Assembly: GCA_964016885.1 (NCBI GenBank)
Contig: OZ024744.1
Coordinates: forward strand, 87,358,001 to 87,422,000
Direction of reading: 5' to 3'
Length of the DNA stretch: 64,000 bases
From: Eledone cirrhosa
Taxonomy: Eukaryota
Part shown: positions 1 to 12,899 of the stretch, piece after piece
Layout: every line of letters begins with the position of its first letter
Position numbering within the stretch: the stretch's first letter is position 1
Notes under the pieces: model-generated
Database searches by the model: none
The model's input: only the letters and a program-made list of their open reading frames with translations
Told to the model about the DNA's origin: nothing
Program-made: the position numbers and the translations under genes

Positions 1-755
1 AATGAGGCATGATGTAGTGGCCAAAACACTGTACAATGCAGTTCGTAAAAAAGATAATAAACACATTAAAAGCTACAGCTATGTGGAAGACATCCATGTA
101 CATAATATGAAAGAGTAATGGTGGAATGTTCTATTAAAAACCCCAATAAAATGCAGGCATAACAGACCAGATATTATGATATGGGAGGACAGGGAGAAGA
201 AAGCATGCACAGTAGTGGAAATTAGCTGCCCAGCAGATGCCAATATAATATCAAAGATTAGTGAAAAGGAGAATATTCATGCAGAGCTGATGAGAAATCT
301 GCAGATACTTCACCCTGATTATACCTTCAGATTTATACCTGTGATTATTGGGGCACTGGGATATGTTAGTAACTGTTTCAATACAAATCTTGAGAAGCTA
401 GGCTTCACAGGAACAGAAAGAACACGACTACATAGGAAATTACAAGTACAATCCATTAATGGAACAGTAAAAATATGTAAAACATTACAAACATTTTGCA
501 TCTAATAACTGCACATACACATGTACAGATACTAAGCATATACACATGTACAGATACTAAGCCTATACACATGCACACATGCAACTAAAAACATACACAT
601 ACACACATACAATAACATCCATATCTACACATGCATGCATACATACATAACTACCTAGTTGATGTGCAAATTCCAATGAGAGTCTTGTGTCTATGTTAGA
701 AACCGACTCTCTCTCTATTGGTAAATATTTATGAAATTATAAAACCAGAAGAACA
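1..755 (+). mobile_element. 3' end of an RLE-type non-LTR retrotransposon (R4/Dong/NeSL-like) with 3' UTR, ending in (CATA)n
   Basis: RHD motif at the window start, RPD just before ORF 176-505, then EISCP...K..K...PVIIGALG, typical of the restriction-like endonuclease. In-frame stop near 117. The 3' UTR ends AAACCAGAAGAA-CATA and recurs at 10710, 15815 and 16358. Confidence 0.85.
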
Positions 756-1155
756 TATATGCATATATATATATATGGGTGTGTGTATGTATATATATAT
801 GTGTGTGTGTGTGCGGCAATTGTGTGCGTGTGTGTGGATTTATGCATGCATTATTGTATGATGTATGTATCTATGTAAATATAAATATGAATAGATATAG
901 AAATAGAACAATAAAAATTGGAGTTTAGTTAATGAGCATACAGCGAAATACATTTGAATATCATATCGTAGCTGACATTGAAGAACAAAATGGCAAGTCA
1001 TTAATGTATGTTCTATATTTGTGGTTTGGTCCTTAGCGTAGTAAGTGTTAGGATATTTGATAGAAAGCAATGTGGTAAGCATAACAACACATACGCACAC
1101 ACACATTCATACCTACAGGCTCCCCACACGCATATACATGAATATATATATATAG

Positions 1156-1346
1156 TAATAATTGTTTCTACTTAAGGCACAAGGCCAGCAATTATCCAGT
1201 ACATTACTGGTACTTTATTTTATCGACCCCGTAAGGATGAAAGGCAAAGTTAACCTTGGCGGGATTTGAACTCAGACCGTAAAGGGACGTAACTATGCTA
1301 GAAAGCATGGCGTCCAACCCTCTACCAATACTGCCAATTCACCGCC
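1156..1346 (-). mobile_element. tRNA-derived SINE (family A), full length with 12-bp TSD; truncated 3' copy at 1361-1431
   Basis: Minus strand begins GGCGGTG with A-box TGGCAGTATTGG and B-box GAGTTCAAATCC. Body GCCTTTCATCCTTACGGGGTCGATAAAATAAAGTACCAG. TSD TATAGTAATAAT at 1151-1162 and 1347-1358. Confidence 0.9.
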
Positions 1347-1574
1347 TATAGTAATAATAGTAATAATTGTTTCTACTTTAGGCACAAGGCCAGCAATTAC
1401 CCAGTGCATTACTGGTACTTTATTTTATCGACAGTAATAATAATAACAAATTTGAAGACTAAATTCCAGAGGGCTCGATAAGGATATGCTTGAAGCGAAA
1501 TTTTATTTCTCTCATATATATATATACATATATATATATGAGAGAAATAAAATTATATATATATATATGTATGC

Positions 1575-1610
<36 letters not shown>

Positions 1611-1614
<4 letters not shown>

Positions 1615-2297
1615 GGAAAAAATGAAACTAAATTTCATTTCCCACTCTTAGTACGGCTGTTACTTAAATATAAGTATGTATACGTACATACATATATGTA
1701 TACAGACGTACAGTAGTATGTATATATATATACATACACACATATATATATGTACGTATGGATTCACCATACTATTATTATAATGCTCGGTGTGTTTGTA
1801 AACAAACATCCCGTATAAAGCCGCAGTGTCTAGCAACCATCGTTGCTCGTTTGTTCAACACTGACAAATACACCGAGCATTATAATAAATGTTTGGTGAA
1901 TCCATACGTACATATATATATGTGTGCATGTATGTATACATATATATAAATACTACTGTACGTCTGTATACATATATGTATGTACGTATACATACTTATA
2001 TTTAAGTAACAGCCGTACTAAGAGTGGGAATTGAAATTTCGTTTCATTTTTTCCGTTTATCGTTTTCGGTGCACCCGGCCGATTAACCCACCCGATATGC
2101 AAATTGGGCTACTCAGCCGTTAATATGCATAAGGTAAGTATATACTTTCGGACGTTCAACAATCTGGCAGGAAGGTATACGTTGCTGACGATAGCTAACA
2201 AGCTATCCATACGTACATATATATATGTGTGTGCATGTATGTATATATATACATACTACTGGTCGTCTGTATACATATATGTATGTACGTATACATA

Positions 2298-2300
<3 letters not shown>
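1611..2300. mobile_element. Fold-back copy of HHR-bearing non-coding repeat (same family as 30194-31066); HHR truncated in stem II
   Basis: Inverted arms about 1611-1797 and 1865-2058. The + strand continues to GTTG-CTGACGA-TAGCTAACAAGCT (2181-2204), then jumps to a downstream part of the monomer. Clear homology to 30194-31066. Confidence 0.8.
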
Positions 2301-2377
<77 letters not shown>

Positions 2378-2684
2378 TATATGCGTGTGTGTGTGTATGT
2401 GTTAATATTTAGACACACACACACATATATATATACACATATATATATATACATATACATATATAACTTTATATATATATATATACACACATATATATAC
2501 ATATATACATATATATATATACCTACATATATATAAAGAGAGAGATACATATATATATGAATAGATATTTTATTTATATATAAATTTGGTATTTCTCTAG
2601 AAACACGGTTTTATAGGAAGCCGTAACCATGCAAACACCGGGGCTAGCGCCCTCTGCTGGTGTCCAGCAGAAGCAAGGGGGACA

Positions 2685-2728
2685 ACCGTCTATTCATTTC
2701 AGGCTTAACTGGCCTTCGTCAGGACGGT
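2685..2728 (-). ncRNA. Minimal type I hammerhead ribozyme, intact core
   Basis: Minus strand ACCGTC-CTGACGA-AGGC-CAGTTAA-GCCT-GAAA-TGAA-TA-GACGGT: 6-bp stem I, CUGANGA core, 4-bp stem II, GAAA, minimal stem III, UA cleavage site. Confidence 0.85.
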
Positions 2729-2931
2729 GCCTCCCACCGCTTGCTACTGCTGGACTTGAATACAGTCGAGAATATATAGTTTTCTCGTCTGAATAAATGA
2801 GGTGATCAATCTCATTTGCATATGAAGCTGCATAAGTTGGCTCAAATGAGATTAATCACCTCATTTGCACAGACAAGAAACTATATATTCTCGACTGTTT
2901 TCAAGTCCCGCAGTAGCAAGCGGTGGGAGGG

Positions 2932-2975
2932 ACCATCCTGACGTAGGCCAGTTAAGCCTGAAATGCATAGACGAT
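2932..2975 (+). ncRNA. Degenerate hammerhead copy (A9U, stem I mismatches)
   Basis: ACCATC-CTGACGT-AGGC-CAGTTAA-GCCT-GAAA-TGCA-TA-GACGAT; palindromic loop III TGCA. Confidence 0.7.
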
Positions 2976-3122
2976 TGTCGCCCTTGCATCTGCTGCACAC
3001 CAGCAGAGGGCGCTAGCCCCGGTGTGTGTATAGCTACAGCTTCCTAAAACCGTGTTTCTTTAGAAATACGAAATTTCTATACATATTTGTATAAAGCTAT
3101 GCTTGAAGCGAAATACTATTTC

Positions 3123-3166
<44 letters not shown>

Positions 3167-3168
<2 letters not shown>

Positions 3169-3357
3169 CGAAGGAAATGTGGTAAGGAACCAGGTGGACC
3201 ATAACGCACCAAAGTACTCAATACTTAGGGTAGTAGAGTAGGTAATAGGAACGAGTAAGACCCGACGGCTGAGCTCAAGCCGTTTCGACGGCTAATTCTC
3301 CGTCTGAGAATTAGCCGTCGAAACGGCTTGAGCTCAGCCGTCGGGGTCTTACTCGTT

Positions 3358-3362
<5 letters not shown>
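3167..3362. repeat. Near-perfect palindrome (56-bp arms, 3245-3362) made of two hammerhead 3' halves, plus pLTR-like tail
   Basis: Arms 3245-3300 and 3306-3362, loop CGTCT. Each strand reads GAAA-CGGCT-TGAGCTC-AGCCG-TC-GGG (stem III plus GUC site). Flanked by (TA)n on both sides. Confidence 0.8.
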
Positions 3363-3398
<36 letters not shown>

Positions 3399-3867
3399 AT
3401 ATGAACAAACGTTTACATGTGTATAAAGGTACATTCACCGAATGTATGTACGTATATATTCTTTCATTCTGTTGTTCTTTAACGTGAGACTTTACTGTTT
3501 ACATCCCCACACAATTATCCTACCAACCTAGCATATAGTGAAAAATTAGATATATTACGCTGAAATATCTTTTGTTCATAGATCTGCATAATCAGTAATA
3601 AATTCGGTGGTAAAAAAAACAAAGACAAAAATTAACAACACTATATTATAACTAGAAAAAGAATAAGTCCCTATGTTTCTTCTTAATCTATTAGAAATAG
3701 CACCCATATTTCCATTAAATCACACAAACGAAGAAGACGTAAACATAGTATATTTAAAAAAAAACATGATGTCCGCGGCTGAAATGCTTTATGCATTGGC
3801 TTTACTTGAGGTTAGACAAGAACTATACAATAACAAATTACAACGAAGTCAGATATTACAAGAACAG

Positions 3868-4062
3868 TAATAATTGTTTCCACTTTTGGCACAAGGCCAG
3901 CAATTATCTCAGTGTATTACTGGTACTTTATTTTATCGACTCCGTAAGGATGAAAGGCAAAGTTAACCTCGGCGGGATTTGAACTCAGATCATAAAGGGC
4001 CGTAACTCTTTGCTGCAAAGCATGGTGTCAGACCCTCAACCGATATTGCCAATCCACCGCCC
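3868..4062 (-). mobile_element. tRNA-derived SINE (family A) with TSD
   Basis: A/B boxes and family body; TSD GAACAGTAATA at 3862-3872 and 4065-4075. Confidence 0.9.
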
Positions 4063-4287
4063 AGGAACAGTAATATCAACCGCAGGAATACGCAGGAATA
4101 ATGTTAAGAAGTCCAAATTCAAATTACGTAATATCAATCATCAACTGTAAAATCGACTATGGAAATAGTAATTTTGACAGTTTGTTGTTTCAGGATACAA
4201 ACAATGGTTGAGCTTAGCGATGTAGTTGTCATTGGTGTTGTTGTTGGTTTCTCATACTCGTCTTGTTTCCGATGACATTATTTTTAA

Positions 4288-4912
4288 GGGCGGTGGATAG
4301 GCAGTATCGGTAGAGGATCGGACGCCATTCTTTGAAGCATAGAAGAGTTACGGCCCTTTGTGATCTGAGTTCAAATCCTGTCGAGGTTAACTTTGCCTTT
4401 CATTCTTACGCGGTCGATAAAATAAAGTACCAGTAACGTACTGAGGTCGATTCAATCGACCCCCCACCACCACCACCACCTCGAAGCCTTGTGCCTATAC
4501 TAGAAATCATTATTATTTTTGAAGGTCGGTGGATTGGCAGTATGGGTAGAGGGTCGGTCGTCATGCTTTCCAGCATAGTTACGTCCCTTTACGATCTGAG
4601 TTCAAATCCCGCCGGGGTCGACTTTGCCTTTCATCCTTACGGGGTCGATAAAATAAAGTACCAGTGATGCACTGGGTAATTGCTGGCCTTGTGCCTAAAG
4701 TAGAAACAATTATTTTTGATGGGTGGTAGATTGGCTGTATCGGTAGAGGGTCTGACGCCATGCTTTGCAGCATAGAGTTACAACCCTTTGCGATCTGAGT
4801 ACAAATCCTGCCGAGGTTAACTTTGCTTTTCATTCTTACGGAGTCGATAAAATAAAGTACCAGTAGTACACTGAGATAATTGCTGGCCTTGTGCCAAAAG
4901 TAGAAACAATTA
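4288..4912 (+). mobile_element. Three head-to-tail SINE family A copies (4288-4510, 4523-4712, 4721-4912)
   Basis: Each has a GGC(A/T)GTAT(C/G)GG A-box-like and a GAGT(T/A)CAAATCC B-box motif and ends in AGTAGAAACAAT-like sequence. The first is the longer GTCGA-hairpin variant. Confidence 0.9.
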
Positions 4913-4919
4913 TTATTTT

Positions 4920-6720
<1,801 letters not shown>

Positions 6721-6870
6721 TTCGCACGAAACATTGTGAAGCCAACTTACGTCCTTGTTGCTGGTTATGTAACATTACACGCAATTAATTCGGTCATGTG
6801 TGCATATATATATATATATTATATATATAATTATATATATATATATGTATATATATATATTATATATATA

Positions 6871-6967
<97 letters not shown>

Positions 6968-7284
6968 TAAATATATTCCACGAGGCTTTGAGGGAAAAAA
7001 GCATTGCGGTAACCAGTTGTTCTCATCTTGGCTCTACGCCTTTGAGTCAATATATATATATATATATATTCATTGTAGTTTAAACAATATAATTGTAAAT
7101 GAAAATATATGAGAAGAGTGACACTGAATTATAAATACCTGTATTGCCATGAAACTTCAAGGCATTTGAACACCCCCTCTCATATATATATGTGTGTGTA
7201 TGTGTGTGTGTCTATGTATGTGTGTATGTGTATGTATATATACATACACATACAAACATATATATATATATATGTATATATATC

Positions 7285-7387
7285 AATGATATTAATAAAT
7301 GGAAACTATATTTATAAAACCATATTTATTCTATTATATATATTTCAAGGGTACCATTAGATAAAATACAAAGTTGTTTTATAAATA
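7285..7387 (-). mobile_element. pLTR-like fragment of the 26272-26480 family with an internally deleted hammerhead
   Basis: Minus strand TGTATTTTAT-CTAATG-[gap]-GTACCCTT-GAAA-TATATA-TA-ATAGAATA...GGTTTTATAAATATAGTTTCCATTT, homologous to 26340-26460 and 57585-57650. Confidence 0.7.
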
Positions 7388-8647
7388 GTGACATTCCCCG
7401 GAATCAGACCTTAACGGTTGAAGTTCCGTTTCACTAGAAAGAAAAGGTGGAAGAAATGAAAAAACAAATATTTCAAATTATTTTGATGAATATGCAAATG
7501 AAATGGAAGAAAAAATCGTTATTTTTAGACGCTAGGTAGATTTAAATAATTACTAGGATATATATATGATAGAAGAAGAAAGAGAAGCTTATATTAAAAG
7601 TATTAAAATGTACATGAATTTAAAAATTAAAACGTTAAAAATTAAAAGTTTGTTGAAGTGGTGGAATATCAATCCAGAATTAAAAAAATATTTAACTAAA
7701 TCATGAGTTATAATATTATATATATAATCATTATAATTAGATTATATGAAGAATTATGGTTGTAAGTATATTTTATCTTATTATATTACAACAGGTTGTA
7801 AATATATAAATCTCTATAACGATTAATAGATATATAAATATACATATTATTGGTGATTATATGCTGTTATTTTTTATAGATACATAACGCACGTATTAAT
7901 TTGTTTACATTTCTAATGTAAAATAACGAAGGATGTTGAGTTTACATTTTAAATATATATTTAAGAAAAAAGACGTACTTCAAGTTTTAAGAGAACATTT
8001 TGTACTTTCAAATAGTTTCATCAAAAATTAAAAATATATACAGAAACTTATTAAGTTAGCGAAATTACATAGAATTTAACATACAAGTTGTTATGTAATA
8101 TATCCATGTTTGCTCTATTATAAAGGAAAAGATAACTCCAATAGTATTTGTTAAACTATTAATGTTAGATTTGATGAATAAATTTCTTAGAAAATGCGGA
8201 ATATATGTAGAGAAAATTATATATTATTTTATGTGAGATTATGAGGTATTTTATATTACATGTTTTCAAGGATTAGAATTTCAATTATATATGCATTTAG
8301 ATACCATCTACGTCGATGGATGTGTGAAAAGTTTGAAAATTTAACAGAAGAAAAAAATATATTATTAGATGCGTCAAGAGTGCATTTAGAAAAACTATCG
8401 TAAAGAGGATATCATTCAAAGTATCAATTAAAAAGTATCAATCTAAAAAATACATTAAGAAGAGTATCATTTGGAAAAGAATACCATTGGTAAAAATATT
8501 AATTTAAGAATAAAAAGATCATTTCAAAAAAACATCACTAAACAACAGAAGTATTGTAAAGACATATAAGATGTAGTCAAGTGTAATGAATATTATAGAT
8601 AAAAAATACTTCGGAAGGTCGTACTTTGGCGATGTCTGCAAGAACTG

Positions 8648-8952
8648 AATAAAGGTTATGTTTCCGATGGAATCCAAATTGAATCGACATGGAAACGGAC
8701 AAAGCGTGTGCTCTTGAATTCTTCGCCCGTTCCCTTGTGAGTCCCATTACACCCCCACCGGTCTGCGCAGGCGCAAGTCCGAAGGAAGTTGACGGGGTAG
8801 TTGATGGTCAACTTCCTACGGATTTGCGCCTGCGCAGACCGGTGGGGGGTAAATTGGGACTCACAAGGGAACGGGCGAAGAATTCAAGAGCACACCGTTT
8901 GTCCGTTTCCATGTCGATTAAATTTGGATTGCCTCGGAAACATAACCTTATT
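8648..8952. repeat. GC-rich inverted repeat (~146-bp arms, 13-nt loop) directly upstream of a hammerhead
   Basis: 8648-8793 is the reverse complement of 8807-8952; loop GGGGTAGTTGATG; TGCGCAGGCGCA in each arm. Confidence 0.9.
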
Positions 8953-8961
8953 ATGTAAGGA

Positions 8962-9036
8962 GCTGTCTGATGATGTCACGGCACTGGGCGCACCGAATCG
9001 TGTGGGCACTGTCGTCATTGAAATATGTATCACAGC
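8962..9036 (+). ncRNA. Type I hammerhead ribozyme with long (~20-bp imperfect) stem II
   Basis: GCTGT-CTGATGA-[TGTCACGGCACTGGGCGCAC-CGAATC-GTGTGGGCACTGTCGTCATT]-GAAA-TATGTA-TC-ACAGC. Stem I is 5 bp and extendable; AUC cleavage site. Confidence 0.8.
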
Positions 9037-9163
9037 ATTATCATTAAAGGACTTTAACATCTGAAACTACTTCGCTTTTTTTTATTCGATATATACTCCG
9101 TCACTCCTATGTGGAAAATGTACGTTGAGTGCTTGAATGTAAATGCATCAATGTTTACCTTAA

Positions 9164-10430
<1,267 letters not shown>

Positions 10431-10709
10431 TAGTTCGTATATTCCAATAAGCAAACTGATGTTAACACGTGATGGGCAGAAATATGACCTCCATATTATT
10501 GAAGCTGACATTAGGCAATCGTATTTCTCATATAGGCTTTCTTTAAACACACCGTTAAGATCGTTGACACTTAAAATTAATGACGCTCTGCAAGTCATCA
10601 ATATTTGGCTTTCAATGTTTGCCGGCACGTAACAACTATCGCGTTAAATGCTAGATACCATGTCGGACATATTCGTATGTATGTATGTATGTATGTATGT
10701 ATGTATGTA

Positions 10710-10920
10710 TGTTCTTCTGGTTTTATAATTTCACAAATTTTTACCAATAGAGAGAGTCGGTTTCTAACATAGACACAAGTCTCTCTCATTGGAATTTACA
10801 CAACATCAACAAGGTAGATATGTATGTATGTCTGGATGCATGCATGTGTAGATATGGGTGTTATTGTATGTCTGGATGTGTTTGTTTTGTATCTGTACAT
10901 TTATGGATTGTACTTGTAAT
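10710..10920 (-). mobile_element. 3' UTR fragment of the RLE LINE at 1-755
   Basis: Reverse complement of about 440-755 with an internal deletion; abuts (TATG)n. Confidence 0.85.
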
Positions 10921-10935
10921 TATGTATGTATGTAT

Positions 10936-12613
10936 ATTCTAGGAGAAGGAAAACTCTGACATAACACCTACAACCCTGCAGGACTAAAAACAAAACCTGT
11001 CAAAGGGCAAAGGGTCAATGGCCATCCAAAATCACCGGGAGAGATCATCCCTTATCCTTTGTCAAGGCAGAATTCTATGAGAAGGAAAACTCTGATATAA
11101 CACCTGCAACCCTGATGGTATCCAATGATGTCGACTTGTTCTTCTTTTTGGTAAATATCATCTTGGTTAAGAGAGTGGGACTGGCTTTGCGCAGTGCCTT
11201 TGCTCACTATAAAAGCTTCACGGCACAGGCATTGCTTTATATCTGGAGATCTCTCTGCACTTGTCGTCACATGGTACCATGGGCCCAGCACTATGTGTCA
11301 ATAATTGTCACAAGTGTAGTGTTTGTTCCAGAGTTTTCAAGTCGCTGGCTGGAGTAAAAAGTCAGCGCATCGGTAGGGGTTCTCCTACATAGATATAAAG
11401 TAGTGGCCGTACTCGAAAACGAGTTGGCAGCCACCATGTATATATGTATGCATTTTTGTATGTATGTGTATGTATGTATGTATATGTATATGTTTAGTCG
11501 CCAACGGCCCGACCATGAGACAGGTTGTACTGGGATACATGTTACCAGTAGCACCAACTGGTGACCTGACATAACATATATATATACATACTATGTGTCA
11601 ATAATTGTCACAATTGTAGTGTTTGTAACAGAGTTTTCAAGTCGCTGGCTGAACTAAAAAGTCACACTCGTTCAGCGCATCGGTAGGGGTTCTCCTACAT
11701 GGATATAAAGTAGTGGCCGTACTCGAAAACGAGTTGGCAGCTACCATATGTATATGTATAGAAATAGTCGGGCTGGATACTCGATCGCGCGGTTAAATCA
11801 CTGGGAGTGAAGGACCCCTAACATTTGTCAGGACATTCTTCTAGGAGAAGGCAACTCAGGAAATTGGGATAACTCCGACATAAAATCTGCGGCTCAGTAG
11901 TTACCAATGATGTTGATCATTTCTTCTTTTAGGGTTATAGCTACTGTCGCTCAGAGAGTGGGATTGGCTCAGTGCACAGTCATTCCTCACTTTAAAAAAT
12001 ATCTTCACGCACAAGCATTGCACGATAGAATTAATAAATAATTATTAATAAGGGTGTATCGTTCAATGGCCATACTCGGTAACGAGGGATCAGCCATCAT
12101 CATCATGTATGTATGTATGTTAGGTCTCTCTCGAATACTCCTGGTAACATGTAACCCAATACAACCTGTCTCATGGTCGTGTCGTCCGTGACTAAACCGA
12201 CGGCAACCCCACCAAGCTTGGACACCCTGCGGGATGAAATACAAAACCCGTCAAAGGGCGGAGGAACTCAGCAGAGTCAACGGCCATCCAAATAGTACCT
12301 GGGAGTGAAAGGCTCCAAGTTGTTATCACATCTTTCTAAGAGTCGGAAACTCTGAAAAAACCTGCGGCTTCGGAAGCATCCGATGATGTTGACCAGTTCT
12401 CTTTTTCACGTAGTGTTTTCGATGCTCAGATAGTGGGATTGGTGGAGTGCAAGGCCTTTCCTCACTTCAAAAACCTTCAAAGCACAGGCATTCCTTATTC
12501 AGGATATGTTATAGGTCTGTGTGGCTGGTCGTAGCCTAAAAGTGCACCAAACTCTATAATCTGACAAGCGATTTCAGTACTCTTAGCAGAGTTTGCAGCC
12601 ATCATGTATGTAT
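10936..12613 (+). mobile_element. Cluster of rearranged non-coding repeats with an RTE-5'UTR-like motif
   Basis: TCTAGGAGAAGGAAAACTCTGA-like motif at about 10938, 11075, 11840 and 12335. Direct repeat 11291-11440 / 11591-11750. Inverted piece 11490-11575 matches 12120-12196. Units end in (TATG)n. Confidence 0.6.
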
Positions 12614-12899
12614 TTACGTCAATATTGTTTGACTTTTATCGTTTTGATACTGTTGTTGTTGTTATAGATGTTGGTGTTCGTAATCTCTGACCCCGTCGCT
12701 AAACACCAGGATAAGTCTATTTAAAGATTTTATCCTATTCGTTTCAAAATTCAAAATTGTGGGAAAGGACGTTATATACATTCAGTTAGAGTTAATTTGT
12801 GCTTTCTCGGCTCTTGACCATATTTAAAACATGAAAGTATTATTCAGTTTGAAAAAGTCAAAATCGATAAAAAGTATTTTACCCGTTGCATCAGTGACA

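Larger units (their letters stand above)
2580..3080. repeat. Long inverted repeat (~240-bp arms, 24-nt spacer), each arm with an HHR motif and a CTCF-like motif
   Basis: 2580-2818 is the reverse complement of 2843-3080 with roughly 10% mismatch; flanked by TA-rich tracts. Confidence 0.9.

Noticed and set aside
1470-1512. TCGATAAGGATATGCTTGAAGCGAAA and a similar motif at 3088-3122 as a UUGAUAA-type hammerhead
   Set aside because: Core and stem I are too degenerate in both copies; possibly remnants but not supportable.
3673-3982. Short ORFs 3673-3870, 3791-3982 and 56821-57060 as genes
   Set aside because: No recognisable motifs or splice support; one runs into a SINE.
4288-4390. A/B boxes as tRNA genes
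   Set aside because: No cloverleaf; always fused to the SINE body, and several copies have TSDs.
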